A DNA stretch of 63,179 bases, the filler included, from Octopus bimaculoides (lineage: Eukaryota), in the NCBI RefSeq assembly GCF_001194135.2. It is 9 parts of 6 records of this genome, joined end to end, with 100 filler letters (N's around TTAATTAATTAA, not from the genome) between each part and the next. Parts side by side here need not be neighbours in the genome. Positions count along the whole stretch, not along the records: positions 46,329 to 56,631 come from NC_068999.1; positions 56,732 to 60,722 come from NC_068981.1; positions 60,823 to 63,179 come from NW_026437542.1; 6 more parts are not named here. One strand, written 5' to 3'. Below the pieces are notes generated by a model. That model did no database searches, was not told the origin of the DNA, and worked only from the letters and a program-made list of their open reading frames with translations. The position numbers and the translations under genes are program-made. This document shows positions 51,631 to 62,746 of the stretch, piece by piece (position 1 is the first letter of the stretch; each line of letters begins with the position of its first letter).

Positions 51631-53815
51631 TGTCACTTGCTGTGTGTGTGTGTGTGTAGCCATGAAAAACTGCACTGCATAAGGAACAGATCCGTTTCCC
51701 AAGGTATAGCCAGATACCATCGAGTGACCATATACAGTGATGCGCAGGGAATCTCCAGCCAAGCTTCCCGGTTTTCCCCCACTACCAGTGCAAGGAAACA
51801 ACCTCGATACAAGAACAATTAAATAAAGAAAATATATATGTTAAAAAAAATAATCTACGCCTGAATATGATTGCGTAAGTAATTTTGGTTTGTGTAAATA
51901 TTTTAATTCATGAAAGCATAACCAACACTGTACATATATTATGTCACTCCTTTAACTCATGATTTTATAACTTCATAATATAAATACTATAAATTTATCC
52001 TCTCCAAAAAGTGTACCTTACAAAAAAATGCAGCGACCAAATAGAATGCAATTATCTCCCCTGTCTCAAATAACGACAATCACCAATGACGTCTCCTTAT
52101 ATTTTTTGGACATGCTGGTTCATTTACAAACAAATTCTCATACAGGATACATGGACTAAACATACGAAATTGCAATATTTTCTCCGACTCCAATATCATG
52201 ATAAGCGAAAAGCTAAACCGGAAAACTACCATAATATTCTATCCTTCAAAATATATTAAAAATATATAAATTGCATGCATTTTCCTTCTTTTATTATATA
52301 TATTTCTTCACTACAATTCACCACTTGGAGTAAATTTGTTCAGCGAAATTCTCTTTTAATACCGACGCTTGACCCTTTCTAGAATCACCAGACAAGGCCT
52401 AGTTTGCCTATTCTGTAATCATCGTCAGTAGTGACAGTCATGGGGTGGTTACGTCCCCTCTCAGTGTATATATTACTCCCTTCTTACAGCATTTAGAGCT
52501 ATTTAACTCTTATTTCTAGCAGTGTATGTGCTTTGGCACCCCTAGTCAAACTTACTGACGATTAAGTGTATATACGCATGTGTATACTTAAGTATTTAAG
52601 TTGAGAAGGAGAGAGATTGAGAGAGAGTGACGGAGAGAGAGCGAGAGAGAGCAGAACAAAGAGAGAGAAATACTCTATCAGTTTCGTATTGCGTCGTGGG
52701 ATCAATGATAATAATATTTATCTAAAATAGAATCCTCTTTGATATTGGGAGTCTGCTATTTTATTCTTGTATTGAATCAACATTTTTATTTATATTTTAT
52801 CTCTTACATCTTTCCATCGTTTCAGTCGACAATATTTTTTTCTTCTGTTCGTCTGTAAAATAATTCAATGTAAATAATGTGCGTATATATATATACACAC
52901 ACATATATATGTATATACACACACACACACACATACACACACATATATATATATTTCTATATATATATATGTATGTATGTATATATATATGCATATATAT
53001 ATGTATGTGTATGTGTTTGTGTGTGTGGTTGTAAGTGTGTGCACATTTCAGTGTGTGTTGGTATAGGTGAATATATATATGTGTGTGTGCGTGTGTATGC
53101 ATATATATGTATTATACATACATATATACCCACACAGATTGATAGACAGATAGATACGTAAGTAGACCTATATGCATGCGTATGTATTTATATATAAACA
53201 AATTTATCTTGCATATATGAAATACATTCGTATATGTAGAGAGAAAGGGAGTGTGATAGAGAAAATAGAGAGGGAGGGAGAGATATGCAGATATATTCAC
53301 ACATATAGATGTACGCATACGTGGTGTGTGTGAATGGATGGAGTGAATTTTGTTTGTATGCATGTATGTATGTACGTATGCATGTATGTAATTATGGTCG
53401 TTAATTATCTGCAATACATATAGAAGAGTTGTCACTATTGACAAATTTTTTCCAAGATGCCATTGCTCTCACTAATATAACGATCCAACAATTGCTGACA
53501 GATTTCAAAATCTATTCGTCAGGGACATTTTTTAAGATGTTTTTTGGAACCATCTTTCAGAAACTCTATTAGAACCTGATCAGTCGTGGATGATTCTTTG
53601 GCAGCAGCATGAGTAATTAGTATCTGATTTTCCTCGTGATAAATAGTCCTACAGTCAATATAATAGCAAAGGTTATTGCTTTCACGTTTCCAATTCCGAC
53701 CTGCATACGGCTTTGTGTGTGACCAGTGTGTGCGTGCCGACTAACTGAAAGGCCTCCCTCGCATGGATGTATATATATATGTATGTGTGTATGTACGTAT
53801 GTATATATATATATA

Positions 53816-53848
53816 TGATGAACGGGAACGTGAAACTCAGAGTAACGG
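53816..53848 (+). ncRNA. 5'-truncated minimal hammerhead motif
   Basis: TGATGA ACG GGAA CGT GAAAC TCAGA GTA ACGG. C3 and the stem I 5' strand are replaced by (TA)n. Confidence 0.6.
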
Positions 53849-53981
53849 TTTTTTTGTTATATATATATATATATATATATGCATGTATATATGGTTGAAA
53901 TTTACAGAAAAACAAAATACGAAGACAGGTGTATAAGCAACAAGCAGGTGTATTAATTTAAAGCTCGGAATGTAAGAAAGT

Positions 53982-54017
53982 CTTTTACGTTTCAAGCCTA
54001 CAATCTTCAACAGAAAA
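53982..54017 (-). ncRNA. Degenerate hammerhead-like motif
   Basis: Minus: TTTT CTGTTGA A GATT GTAG GCTT GAAACGTA AAAG. Same layout as 21662-21698, but A6 and stem II are mutated. Confidence 0.4.
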
Positions 54018-54350
54018 AAGAACACGAGAAAACAAACNNNNNNNNNNNNNNNNNNNNNNNNNNNNNNNNNNNNNNNNNNNNNNNNNNNNNNNNNNNNNNN
54101 NNNNNNNNNNNNNNNNNNNNNNNNNNNNNNNNNNNNNNNNNNNNNNNNNNNNNNNNNNNNNNNNNNNNNNNNNNNNNNNNNNNNNNNNNNNNNNNNNNNN
54201 NNNNNNNNNNNNNNNNNNNNNNNNNNNNNNNNNNNNNNNNNNNNNNNNNNNNNNNNNNNNNNNNNNNNNNNNNNNNNNNNNNNNNNNNNNNNNNNNNNNN
54301 NNNNNNNNNNNNNNNNNNNNNNNNNNNNNNNNNNNNNTATATATATATAT

Positions 54351-54415
<65 letters not shown>

Positions 54416-54499
54416 CACGTATATTTATATTAATGTTTGTTTGTATGTTGAGTTATAATGAAAAAGCAATCTTACATTAGTCTGATGGAATACTCTATA

Positions 54500-54878
54500 A
54501 CGCAGTAGAGTGCTTGCTTCCCGACCACATGGTCCCATGTTCAGTCCCACTGCGTGGCACCTTGGGCAGATGTCATCTACTATAGCCTCAGGCCGATCAA
54601 AGCCATATGAGTGGATTTGGTAGACAGAAACTGAAGGAAGCCCATCGTATGTATATATACATATTTGTTTGTGTCTTTGTGTCGGTGTTTGGCCTAGCCA
54701 CAATCGCGAGACAACCGAATTTGGTGTGTTTACGTTTCCGTAACTTACCGGTTCGGCCGAAGAAACCGATAGAATAAGTACCAGGCTTACACACAATAAG
54801 TCCATGGGTTGATTTGTTCGACTAAAAGGCTGTGCTCCAGCATGGCACCAATCAAATCACTGAAACAAGTAAAAGAAT
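54500..54878 (+). mobile_element. SINE family B, full composite
   Basis: Head/CORE to 54650, short microsatellite, tail module ending TGAAACAAGTAAAAGA. Confidence 0.8.
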
Positions 54879-54901
54879 ACAATCATACATACATACATAT
54901 A

Positions 54902-54942
<41 letters not shown>

Positions 54943-54945
<3 letters not shown>

Positions 54946-55539
54946 AAAATGAAAGAAAAGCCAGAATGCTGAACTGGAAGCATAATTTAATAAAGATTTT
55001 TTCTAACCGGTTTTCATTGCGAAGAAGCAAATTATCAAGAAGAAGGAGAATGAAAATGTTTTTTTACAAAGAAGTACAAAATGAAGAAAATAATATATAA
55101 AACAATAATATATAAAAAAATAAATATACCCATACATTATATTGTCTTTGAGCTTTTGTAGTTCAATAGTAGTTCATGTATAAATTGGTACGAAAAATAA
55201 GGATGCATGAGGGTTGAGAGTGTTGTTAGGTTTAAAAAAAGGGGTTACAGTTTGTGTTAAGCAGGAAATGTGGTGTCAAAACAGGAAGTGTGTGTAAGGG
55301 GAGACAAGTGTTTTTAGTTGGAGTTATGAACTCTTTTTTTCCAACAGGAAGTTTGTGTCTGTTCATAGAGAAATAAGGTCACTGAGGGGTGTGTGTGTTA
55401 AGAAATGGTTGGAATTTCTCTATGAAAAGATTCTCCTTGTTGATTCTTTCTTGTGTGGAGATTCTGTCTTTACATTGATAGAAACATTTTCATTCTCCTT
55501 CTTCTTGATAATTTGCTTCTTCGCAATGAAAACCGGTTA
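54943..55539. mobile_element. (TA)n-embedded element with 58-bp perfect inverted repeats carrying a degenerate hammerhead-like motif
   Basis: 55004-55061 is the exact reverse complement of 55482-55539. Confidence 0.8.
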
Positions 55540-56108
55540 TATATATGTGTGTGTGTGTGTGTGTGTATATGTATGTATGCATGTATGTATGTATGTATGT
55601 ATATATACATATATACGCAGAAACGCATTTTTACATGCGCGTCTACACATGGCACAGTCAAAATTAACATCTGTGCTGATTTGATATTATCAAATTTTTA
55701 ATTTATATCTGCCTTTCATGTTTAATATATGCTTATTCGCGTTCGTTATTATTCAATTCAATCTCATTTCTACAGCCTCTGAGTAGATACATCTGAGTAT
55801 TTCTAATTTAGATTCACTGCAGTATATGTTGCCGGCTGGAGAACATAACTATTTAAATTATTTATATAGATAGGGTGATAAATTGAATATTAATTCAATT
55901 TAAAACCAAGTGACCTAGCATATAAAAAATCTGAAAATTCAGAAAAAAATTGTATTACACGTATAAGGGATGACCACTAGGTGGACATCTAATATGCTAG
56001 AAAGAGATCATCAACGACCCAACCACAAAGAAAAATAATGTTCTCCAGAAAATATTTCGCAAAGCGCCAGAACAGGACAAAATGAGAAAAATACAGAATG
56101 AAAAATTA

Positions 56109-56177
56109 GTTGTGTACTGCAGTTTCGAACATTAACGTTTTACATATGTAACAACATCTGTGTTTCGTCAACACAAC
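56109..56177 (-). ncRNA. Type I hammerhead motif, left arm
   Basis: Minus: GTTGTG TTGACGA AAC...GTTC GAAAC TGCA GTA CACAAC (C3>T, one stem II G missing; palindromic ACTGCAGT). Confidence 0.7.
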
Positions 56178-56341
56178 CGTTCTAGAATCAATATAATTTG
56201 CAGAACTATACACGGATTTTGGCGCACCAGAGCTGAGGCATTTTGAAAAACAAACCAATGTAATCGGTAGAACTGTATACAACTCTTATTTCATAAACAC
56301 AATTCGTGTATAGTTCTGCAAATTATATTGATTCTAGAACG

Positions 56342-56411
56342 GTTGTGCTGACGAGAACACGGATGTTGTTACGTAAGTAAAACGTTAATGTTTGAAACTG
56401 AAGTACACAAC
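56342..56411 (+). ncRNA. Type I hammerhead ribozyme motif, right arm
   Basis: GTTGTG CTGACGA GAACA...TGTTT GAAAC TGAA GTA CACAAC: intact core, 6-bp stem I, predicted cut after 56405. Confidence 0.8.
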
Positions 56412-56567
56412 TAATTCTTTATTCTGTATATTTCTCATTTTGTTCTGTTCTGGTGTTTTGCGAAATTTTTCCTGGCGAACATTATTTTTCTTTGTGGTTG
56501 GGTCGTTGATGACCTCTTTCTAGCATACTGGATGTCCACCTAGTGGTCATCCCTTATACACGTATAC

Positions 56568-56622
<55 letters not shown>

Positions 56623-56820
56623 CATATATATNNNNNNNNNNNNNNNNNNNNNNNNNNNNNNNNNNNNNNNNNNNNTTAATTAATTAANNNNNNNNNNNNN
56701 NNNNNNNNNNNNNNNNNNNNNNNNNNNNNNNTATGTAAGTGTGTGTCACTGAAGCCATTCATACATACATACATACATAATTACTCTCTCTATCTCTATC
56801 TCTCTTTCTCTGTCTGTCTG

Positions 56821-56865
<45 letters not shown>

Positions 56866-57110
56866 TAGTTTTTCTCTGTCAATCACTCACACATTCACTC
56901 ACTACAAAAACTGAATGGAAAATTTCAGTTATCTCTCTCTCTTTCTTTCTTTCTCTCTCTCTCTCATACACACACACACACACACCATCAACATTACTCT
57001 CTCTGTCTCGCACACGCCATCAAACATACACACACACAAACACACGCACAGACATACACACGCAGACATACGCACGCACATCAATTCATCCGAGGGAGAT
57101 TTGGCTGCTA

Positions 57111-57232
57111 TGGAAAGTTCCGAGGAGGGGGAGGAATTACTTCCTGGAAAGTTCCTAGGAGAGGCGAATTACTTCCTGAAAGGTTCCAAGGATGAGGGAG
57201 GTGGAATTACTTCCTGGAAAGTTCCGGGGAGG
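57111..57232 (+). repeat. 32-38-bp minisatellite GAATTACTTCCTGGAAAGTTCC..GGAGG running into a ~900-N gap
   Basis: Units start at 57134, 57166 and 57204, with a partial unit at 57111. Confidence 0.85.
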
Positions 57233-58309
57233 NNNNNNNNNNNNNNNNNNNNNNNNNNNNNNNNNNNNNNNNNNNNNNNNNNNNNNNNNNNNNNNNNNNN
57301 NNNNNNNNNNNNNNNNNNNNNNNNNNNNNNNNNNNNNNNNNNNNNNNNNNNNNNNNNNNNNNNNNNNNNNNNNNNNNNNNNNNNNNNNNNNNNNNNNNNN
57401 NNNNNNNNNNNNNNNNNNNNNNNNNNNNNNNNNNNNNNNNNNNNNNNNNNNNNNNNNNNNNNNNNNNNNNNNNNNNNNNNNNNNNNNNNNNNNNNNNNNN
57501 NNNNNNNNNNNNNNNNNNNNNNNNNNNNNNNNNNNNNNNNNNNNNNNNNNNNNNNNNNNNNNNNNNNNNNNNNNNNNNNNNNNNNNNNNNNNNNNNNNNN
57601 NNNNNNNNNNNNNNNNNNNNNNNNNNNNNNNNNNNNNNNNNNNNNNNNNNNNNNNNNNNNNNNNNNNNNNNNNNNNNNNNNNNNNNNNNNNNNNNNNNNN
57701 NNNNNNNNNNNNNNNNNNNNNNNNNNNNNNNNNNNNNNNNNNNNNNNNNNNNNNNNNNNNNNNNNNNNNNNNNNNNNNNNNNNNNNNNNNNNNNNNNNNN
57801 NNNNNNNNNNNNNNNNNNNNNNNNNNNNNNNNNNNNNNNNNNNNNNNNNNNNNNNNNNNNNNNNNNNNNNNNNNNNNNNNNNNNNNNNNNNNNNNNNNNN
57901 NNNNNNNNNNNNNNNNNNNNNNNNNNNNNNNNNNNNNNNNNNNNNNNNNNNNNNNNNNNNNNNNNNNNNNNNNNNNNNNNNNNNNNNNNNNNNNNNNNNN
58001 NNNNNNNNNNNNNNNNNNNNNNNNNNNNNNNNNNNNNNNNNNNNNNNNNNNNNNNNNNNNNNNNNNNNNNNNNNNNNNNNNNNNNNNNNNNNNNNNNNNN
58101 NNNNNNNNNNNNNNNNNNNNNNNNNNNNNNNNNNATATATAATGAAGTCTATTTACCAACGTAAAGTGGCAGTCCTGATTAGGACGGTGTTACTACCCTT
58201 TTCGCCCTAGGAAAACATCTTTTCCAGCTGGCTATTGACACACAACTGCGTTCTTATACCTCGAACAAGGGAAGTAATGTCCCCAATCAGCCTTAAAACT
58301 ATATATATA

Positions 58310-58442
58310 GGCACAGGCGTGGCTGTGTGGTAAGAAGTTTGCTTCCCAACTACATGGGTCCAGGTTCAGTCCCACTGCGTGGCACCTTGGACAAGTGTTT
58401 TCTAGTATAGACCAAAGCCTTGTGAGTGGATTTGGTAGACGG
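58310..58442 (+). mobile_element. SINE family B head/CORE
   Basis: GGCACAGGCGTGGCTGTGTGGTAAG...GGTTCAGTCCCACTGCGTGGCACCTTGG. Confidence 0.8.
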
Positions 58443-58935
58443 ACAACAGAATGAACACATAGGAAAACAGAAGAGGCACTTATGGAACTTTTCCTTCATC
58501 AACTGCCTCTATTCTAAACTAGGCATTTCGAAGATGAGGCAGAACGCGCACTTAGAATAGCTCTTCCCGCGAAGTGGATTAACCTGCAAACAAGGTAGCA
58601 AACAAAAACCAAGTCAGGAAAAATTAAACAGTGAAAACAACATTAAAGGCCGTTGGGCCGAACGCGATGAGATATTGAACGCTGTGAAGTGACGAAGCTG
58701 AACGGAGAGAGACAGTAGTTTCGTCTTGCCTTTATGCTGGCTGAAGGGAGAAAGGAAGAAATGACCACAGGTCACATGTGATCAACGAGGAGTGGTAGAG
58801 AGAGGAAAATGGAGGAAGTGGAACAAAGGTGAGCGACGAGAGAGAGGGAAGAAGAGTAAGAGAGAGATATGTGTAGCAGTGAAGGAGAGAAGCAAGGCCA
58901 CAGAAGGAAGCAGAACGAGAAGGGAGATAGGTTAG

Positions 58936-58983
<48 letters not shown>

Positions 58984-59062
58984 CAGAAGTATGTATATAT
59001 GTACATTCGTATGCATATATGTATGCATATATGTATGCATGCATGTATGTACTTATGCGTGT

Positions 59063-59124
<62 letters not shown>

Positions 59125-59422
59125 AAATGAATAATAACAGACGATGGATAATTGCCAGCTCATTACAGCTGACAATTATCTATCATCTGTTATTATTCAT
59201 TTGATTATAATACACCATAGGGATTTACGACACATCGGGCACTCAAACCGTTCAAAGACTAGTACTGCATCGCCAACAGATGGCAGCACCCGGTTGCATG
59301 CGCAGTGAGATCTAGCAGTGGTCTTCATGAGGCAGGTTGCCGAGTGACATCGCTGTTTACTTCGCAAGTTATGAAATTTGTGCTTTTATGATTACGTGTA
59401 TGCTGCACTCTACGATTTTGTC

Positions 59423-60070
59423 ATGGACAGGAACAAAGAGCCAACGTGAAATTTTGCGTTATACTCAGGAAGTCTGCTACAGAGTCATTGAGCATGCTTC
59501 GGCAAGCTTATGGCGGCGAGGCAATGGGTCGTATGCAATGTCTCGAGTGGCACAGGCACTTCAAAAGCAAAAGAACGTCTCCGGAAGACGGTGAGCGATC
59601 TGGAAAACCTGCCACGAATGCCACCCCTGGAAATGTTGTATTGTGCCTCAAGGATTTGTCCCCCACGGCCAGACAGTCAATCGAGAGATCTACTGCGACG
59701 TTTTGAAGCGTTTGAGAAAGGACATTCAGTGAAAGTGACCGGTTCTGTGGAGCACGAACAATTGGATTATTCACGAAGACAATGCACCCAGTCACCGAGC
59801 TCTTCTCACTCGTGAGTTTCTCACCAAAAACATGGTATCGCTTCCACAGCCGCCTTATTAGCCAAATTTAGCATTTGCGAGCTTCCATCTCTTCCCCCAA
59901 AATGAAAATGCAGCCGTTTTAACGCCATTATCGCGATCCAGGGCAAATCACAGAAGGTTCTCAATTCGCTTACGGAAAACGACTTCCAGACCGGATTCCA
60001 AAAGTGGCAAGAACGCTAGGACCAGTGTATAGCTGCGCTAAGTGACTATTTCGAAGGAGATGATGTCAAA
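59423..60070 (+). mobile_element. Internally deleted mariner transposase relic
   Basis: N-terminal KFCVILRKSATESLSMLRQAYGGEAMGRMQCLEWHRHFK...EDGERSGKP joined to QTVNREIYCDVLKRLR...HEDNAPSH...QPPY*PNLA...FQKWQER...DYFEGD. Confidence 0.9.
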
Positions 60071-60227
60071 ATATATATATAACTCTTCAATTCTTTAATC
60101 TTTTTCAGCTTTAAAGCTGCGGTCATGCTGGGGTACCACCGTTGGCCTCCTCTCTGATATGTGGCATTTGGTGAATGAGGGAGTCTGATGCTGCTGCTCA
60201 CATTTGTGTTTCCTCCCATATCCTACC

Positions 60228-60453
60228 CATATCCTACGCAAAATACTGACTATGTAATCTCAAATTTTAAAACAAACACATAATTTACTTATGATTTCTT
60301 AAACATTCTCTAGAACAACACTATGTACAAAACCAAATATATGGCACCCTAGGCATAACACCAACATGAACTTCTAACTTGTTGTCTCCTGAGATCTCTG
60401 GGTGGGACTTGGAGCCAGCTTGTACAAATGCAAAGAAAAAGTCAAACAATATG
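60228..60453 (+). mobile_element. R4/Dong-like 3' end (HILRKILTM* + 3' UTR) with (TAA)n tail
   Basis: Stop at 60255-60257; (ATA)n at 60454-60530. Confidence 0.65.
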
Positions 60454-60530
<77 letters not shown>

Positions 60531-60532
<2 letters not shown>

Positions 60533-60722
60533 AGAGGTCACCCAGACACTGCAAAGACTAAGCAACTGGAAGGCACCTGGACACGACAAGATCCCCAATT
60601 TCTGGTTAAAACACCTGCCATCAATGCATAAAAAGCTGGCAGAAAACTTTAACAACATAATAGCAGATCCAGAGACAATGCCTGAATGGCTCACAAAAGG
60701 GAAAACCATCTTAATCCCCAAA
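60531..60722 (+). mobile_element. R4/Dong-like RT N-terminal fragment starting inside (TAA)n
   Basis: EEVTQTLQRLSNWKAPGHDKIPNFWLKHL...MPEWLTKGKTILIPK, uninterrupted up to the gap. Confidence 0.85.
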
Positions 60723-60962
60723 NNNNNNNNNNNNNNNNNNNNNNNNNNNNNNNNNNNNNNNNNNNNTTAATTAATTAANNNNNNNNNNNNNNNNNNNNNN
60801 NNNNNNNNNNNNNNNNNNNNNNAGCTGTTGTGGTAGCAGACCACGAAACATGGTTGAAATTCCTTCCTATTTATACAATACAGAAATCATTAAACTTCCA
60901 AATAGAAATTTATACGAGGTGAGTTAAAAACAATTTTAGTCCATTCTTAATATAATGATACT

Positions 60963-61163
60963 AAATTTTGGCACAAGGTAAAAGTTTCGGGGTAAAGTTG
61001 ATTGTATCGACCCCAGTACTCAGCTCGTACTTAATTTATTGACCCCGAAATAACTAAAGATAAAGTCGACCGCGGGAGAATTTGAACTCAAAACATAAAG
61101 ACTGGCGAAATATCGGTAAGCAGCTTGCCTGGCGTGCTAACGATTCTGACAGGTCGCCGTCTT
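60963..61163 (-). mobile_element. SINE family C
   Basis: Reverse complement of the family C head, core and tail. Confidence 0.75.
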
Positions 61164-62746
61164 CTGTTCTTAATATAATGATTTATATGTTAAGTAGTTG
61201 GGAAACTCATTAGGGTATAGTTTAGTGTTGTGAAAGCATTGCAAAAATTTAACATTTGCTGTACTCATTGGAAAACTTGATAAATGAATAGCAAAATAGA
61301 TATACAAGTTTATGTTATTAACTTACCTATAGTTTTTTTTTAAATAAGTGAACCATTGATAACTACTACTGCGAGAACACTGAGGAAGGGAGGTGCAATT
61401 CTGTTTTGTTGAGGAAATCAGAATAAGTCATAAATATTGACAGTTACTTCCCGCCCATGCAGAAAATTTGACAATAATAAAAAATGTATGTCGGATCTTT
61501 TCTATTTTTCTGCACATGTGGAAATTTTAAAGTTTAGTGAAAATATTAAAAATTTGATGTCTTGATGTAATCTTCCACGCGAAATCTCAGGAGATGATTC
61601 ACTTATTCCAGAAGAAATTTTAAAGAAATTTAGAGGTTTAAAGTTTGATCATTTTTATTCAGTTAGAAAACAAGATTTGAAAGCTGTCATTTTATGCGGC
61701 ACAGCACATGTCAAATAAAATATTGGTGAAATTCTGCTTTACGCATGCCATATAACCGCTCACAACTTTTTTTTATTTTGGGGAATTTTTAGAGAATTTT
61801 TGCGAATTTATATTTTACACACGGGAATTTATACGATTATGCAAAAACAGAAAATGAAAATTCATGCGTAATTTAAGGAGAATTTAGCTGTTATTTTTTG
61901 CACATCTCATACTACATGCGTTTTAAGTATTTAATAAGCGACAAAAAGAACACGTAGTAAGGAGCTTAGTAATTCGCTTGCCTTGTTACTATGGAAACAA
62001 GTGCCTACATGTCTGTGCCTTTCGATTGGCTAAAATTACCCAAAATTTGCAAACTTCAAAAGTTAACTCTTTATTTAATGATTTATGGTGAAAATGAATT
62101 TCATGTCGATGGTTACTTTACAAAACTATACCAATATGCCAAATATGAAATCTCTTGGAACAAAAATTGAAGAAAATGAAAACTGGCAGCCAAACAGAAA
62201 TGATCGTTTATTTCTTACCACTTGTGTACTTCATTTTAGCCTTTAAAGTTTCCATGCATGAAATATACTAAAATAAATTCACCTGTAAGTTTTATAGTTC
62301 ATAGGATTCACTGAGTCACAGGAGTATTTTCTACATCAAGTATTTATCAATGAACACAAGAACATTGCTTACTAAAATCACGATATCACACATCTGCAAT
62401 ATATATATTTAAACGTCCTGATAATGCCACACATTTTATTTAACACACACACACACAAACACACACATATATATATATATATATATANNNNNNNNNNNNN
62501 NNNNNNNNNNNNNNNNNNNNNNNNNNNNNNNNNNNNNNNNNNNNATATAATTAATTATATGTATTTCTTCTATCTTAATGAATAAAAATTCTTCGGATAG
62601 AATAAATGGGTTAATAGAAACCAAGGTGGCAAAGAACACAAAATAACTGTGGTGTAGTTCCTGTTTTTCAGGCAGAAACTCCTTGAAATTTTGGGTATTT
62701 GAGTATATATATAAATTTAAGGAATGGAGGAAACACATGTTATAAC

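Larger units (their letters stand above)
55961..56559. mobile_element. Fold-back element, ~258-bp arms (~92% identity), one hammerhead per arm
   Basis: Arms 55961-56218 and 56301-56559 around an 82-bp spacer. Confidence 0.9.

Noticed and set aside
52548-52600. CTGACGA followed by a TTAAGT/ACTTAA hairpin
   Set aside because: No GAAA after the hairpin.
53497-53525. Minus CTGACGA...GAAATCTGTC
   Set aside because: Neither stem I nor stem II pairs.
58475-58515. Minus GAGGCAG TTGATGA A GGAA AAG TTCC...TGCCTC
   Set aside because: Stems are present but the GAAA/UH half of the core is absent.
60823-60924. Open frames ending at GAG|GTGAGT (exon candidate)
   Set aside because: No recognisable protein, and TACGAGGTGAGTTAAAAA also matches the mariner TIR seen at 7748.
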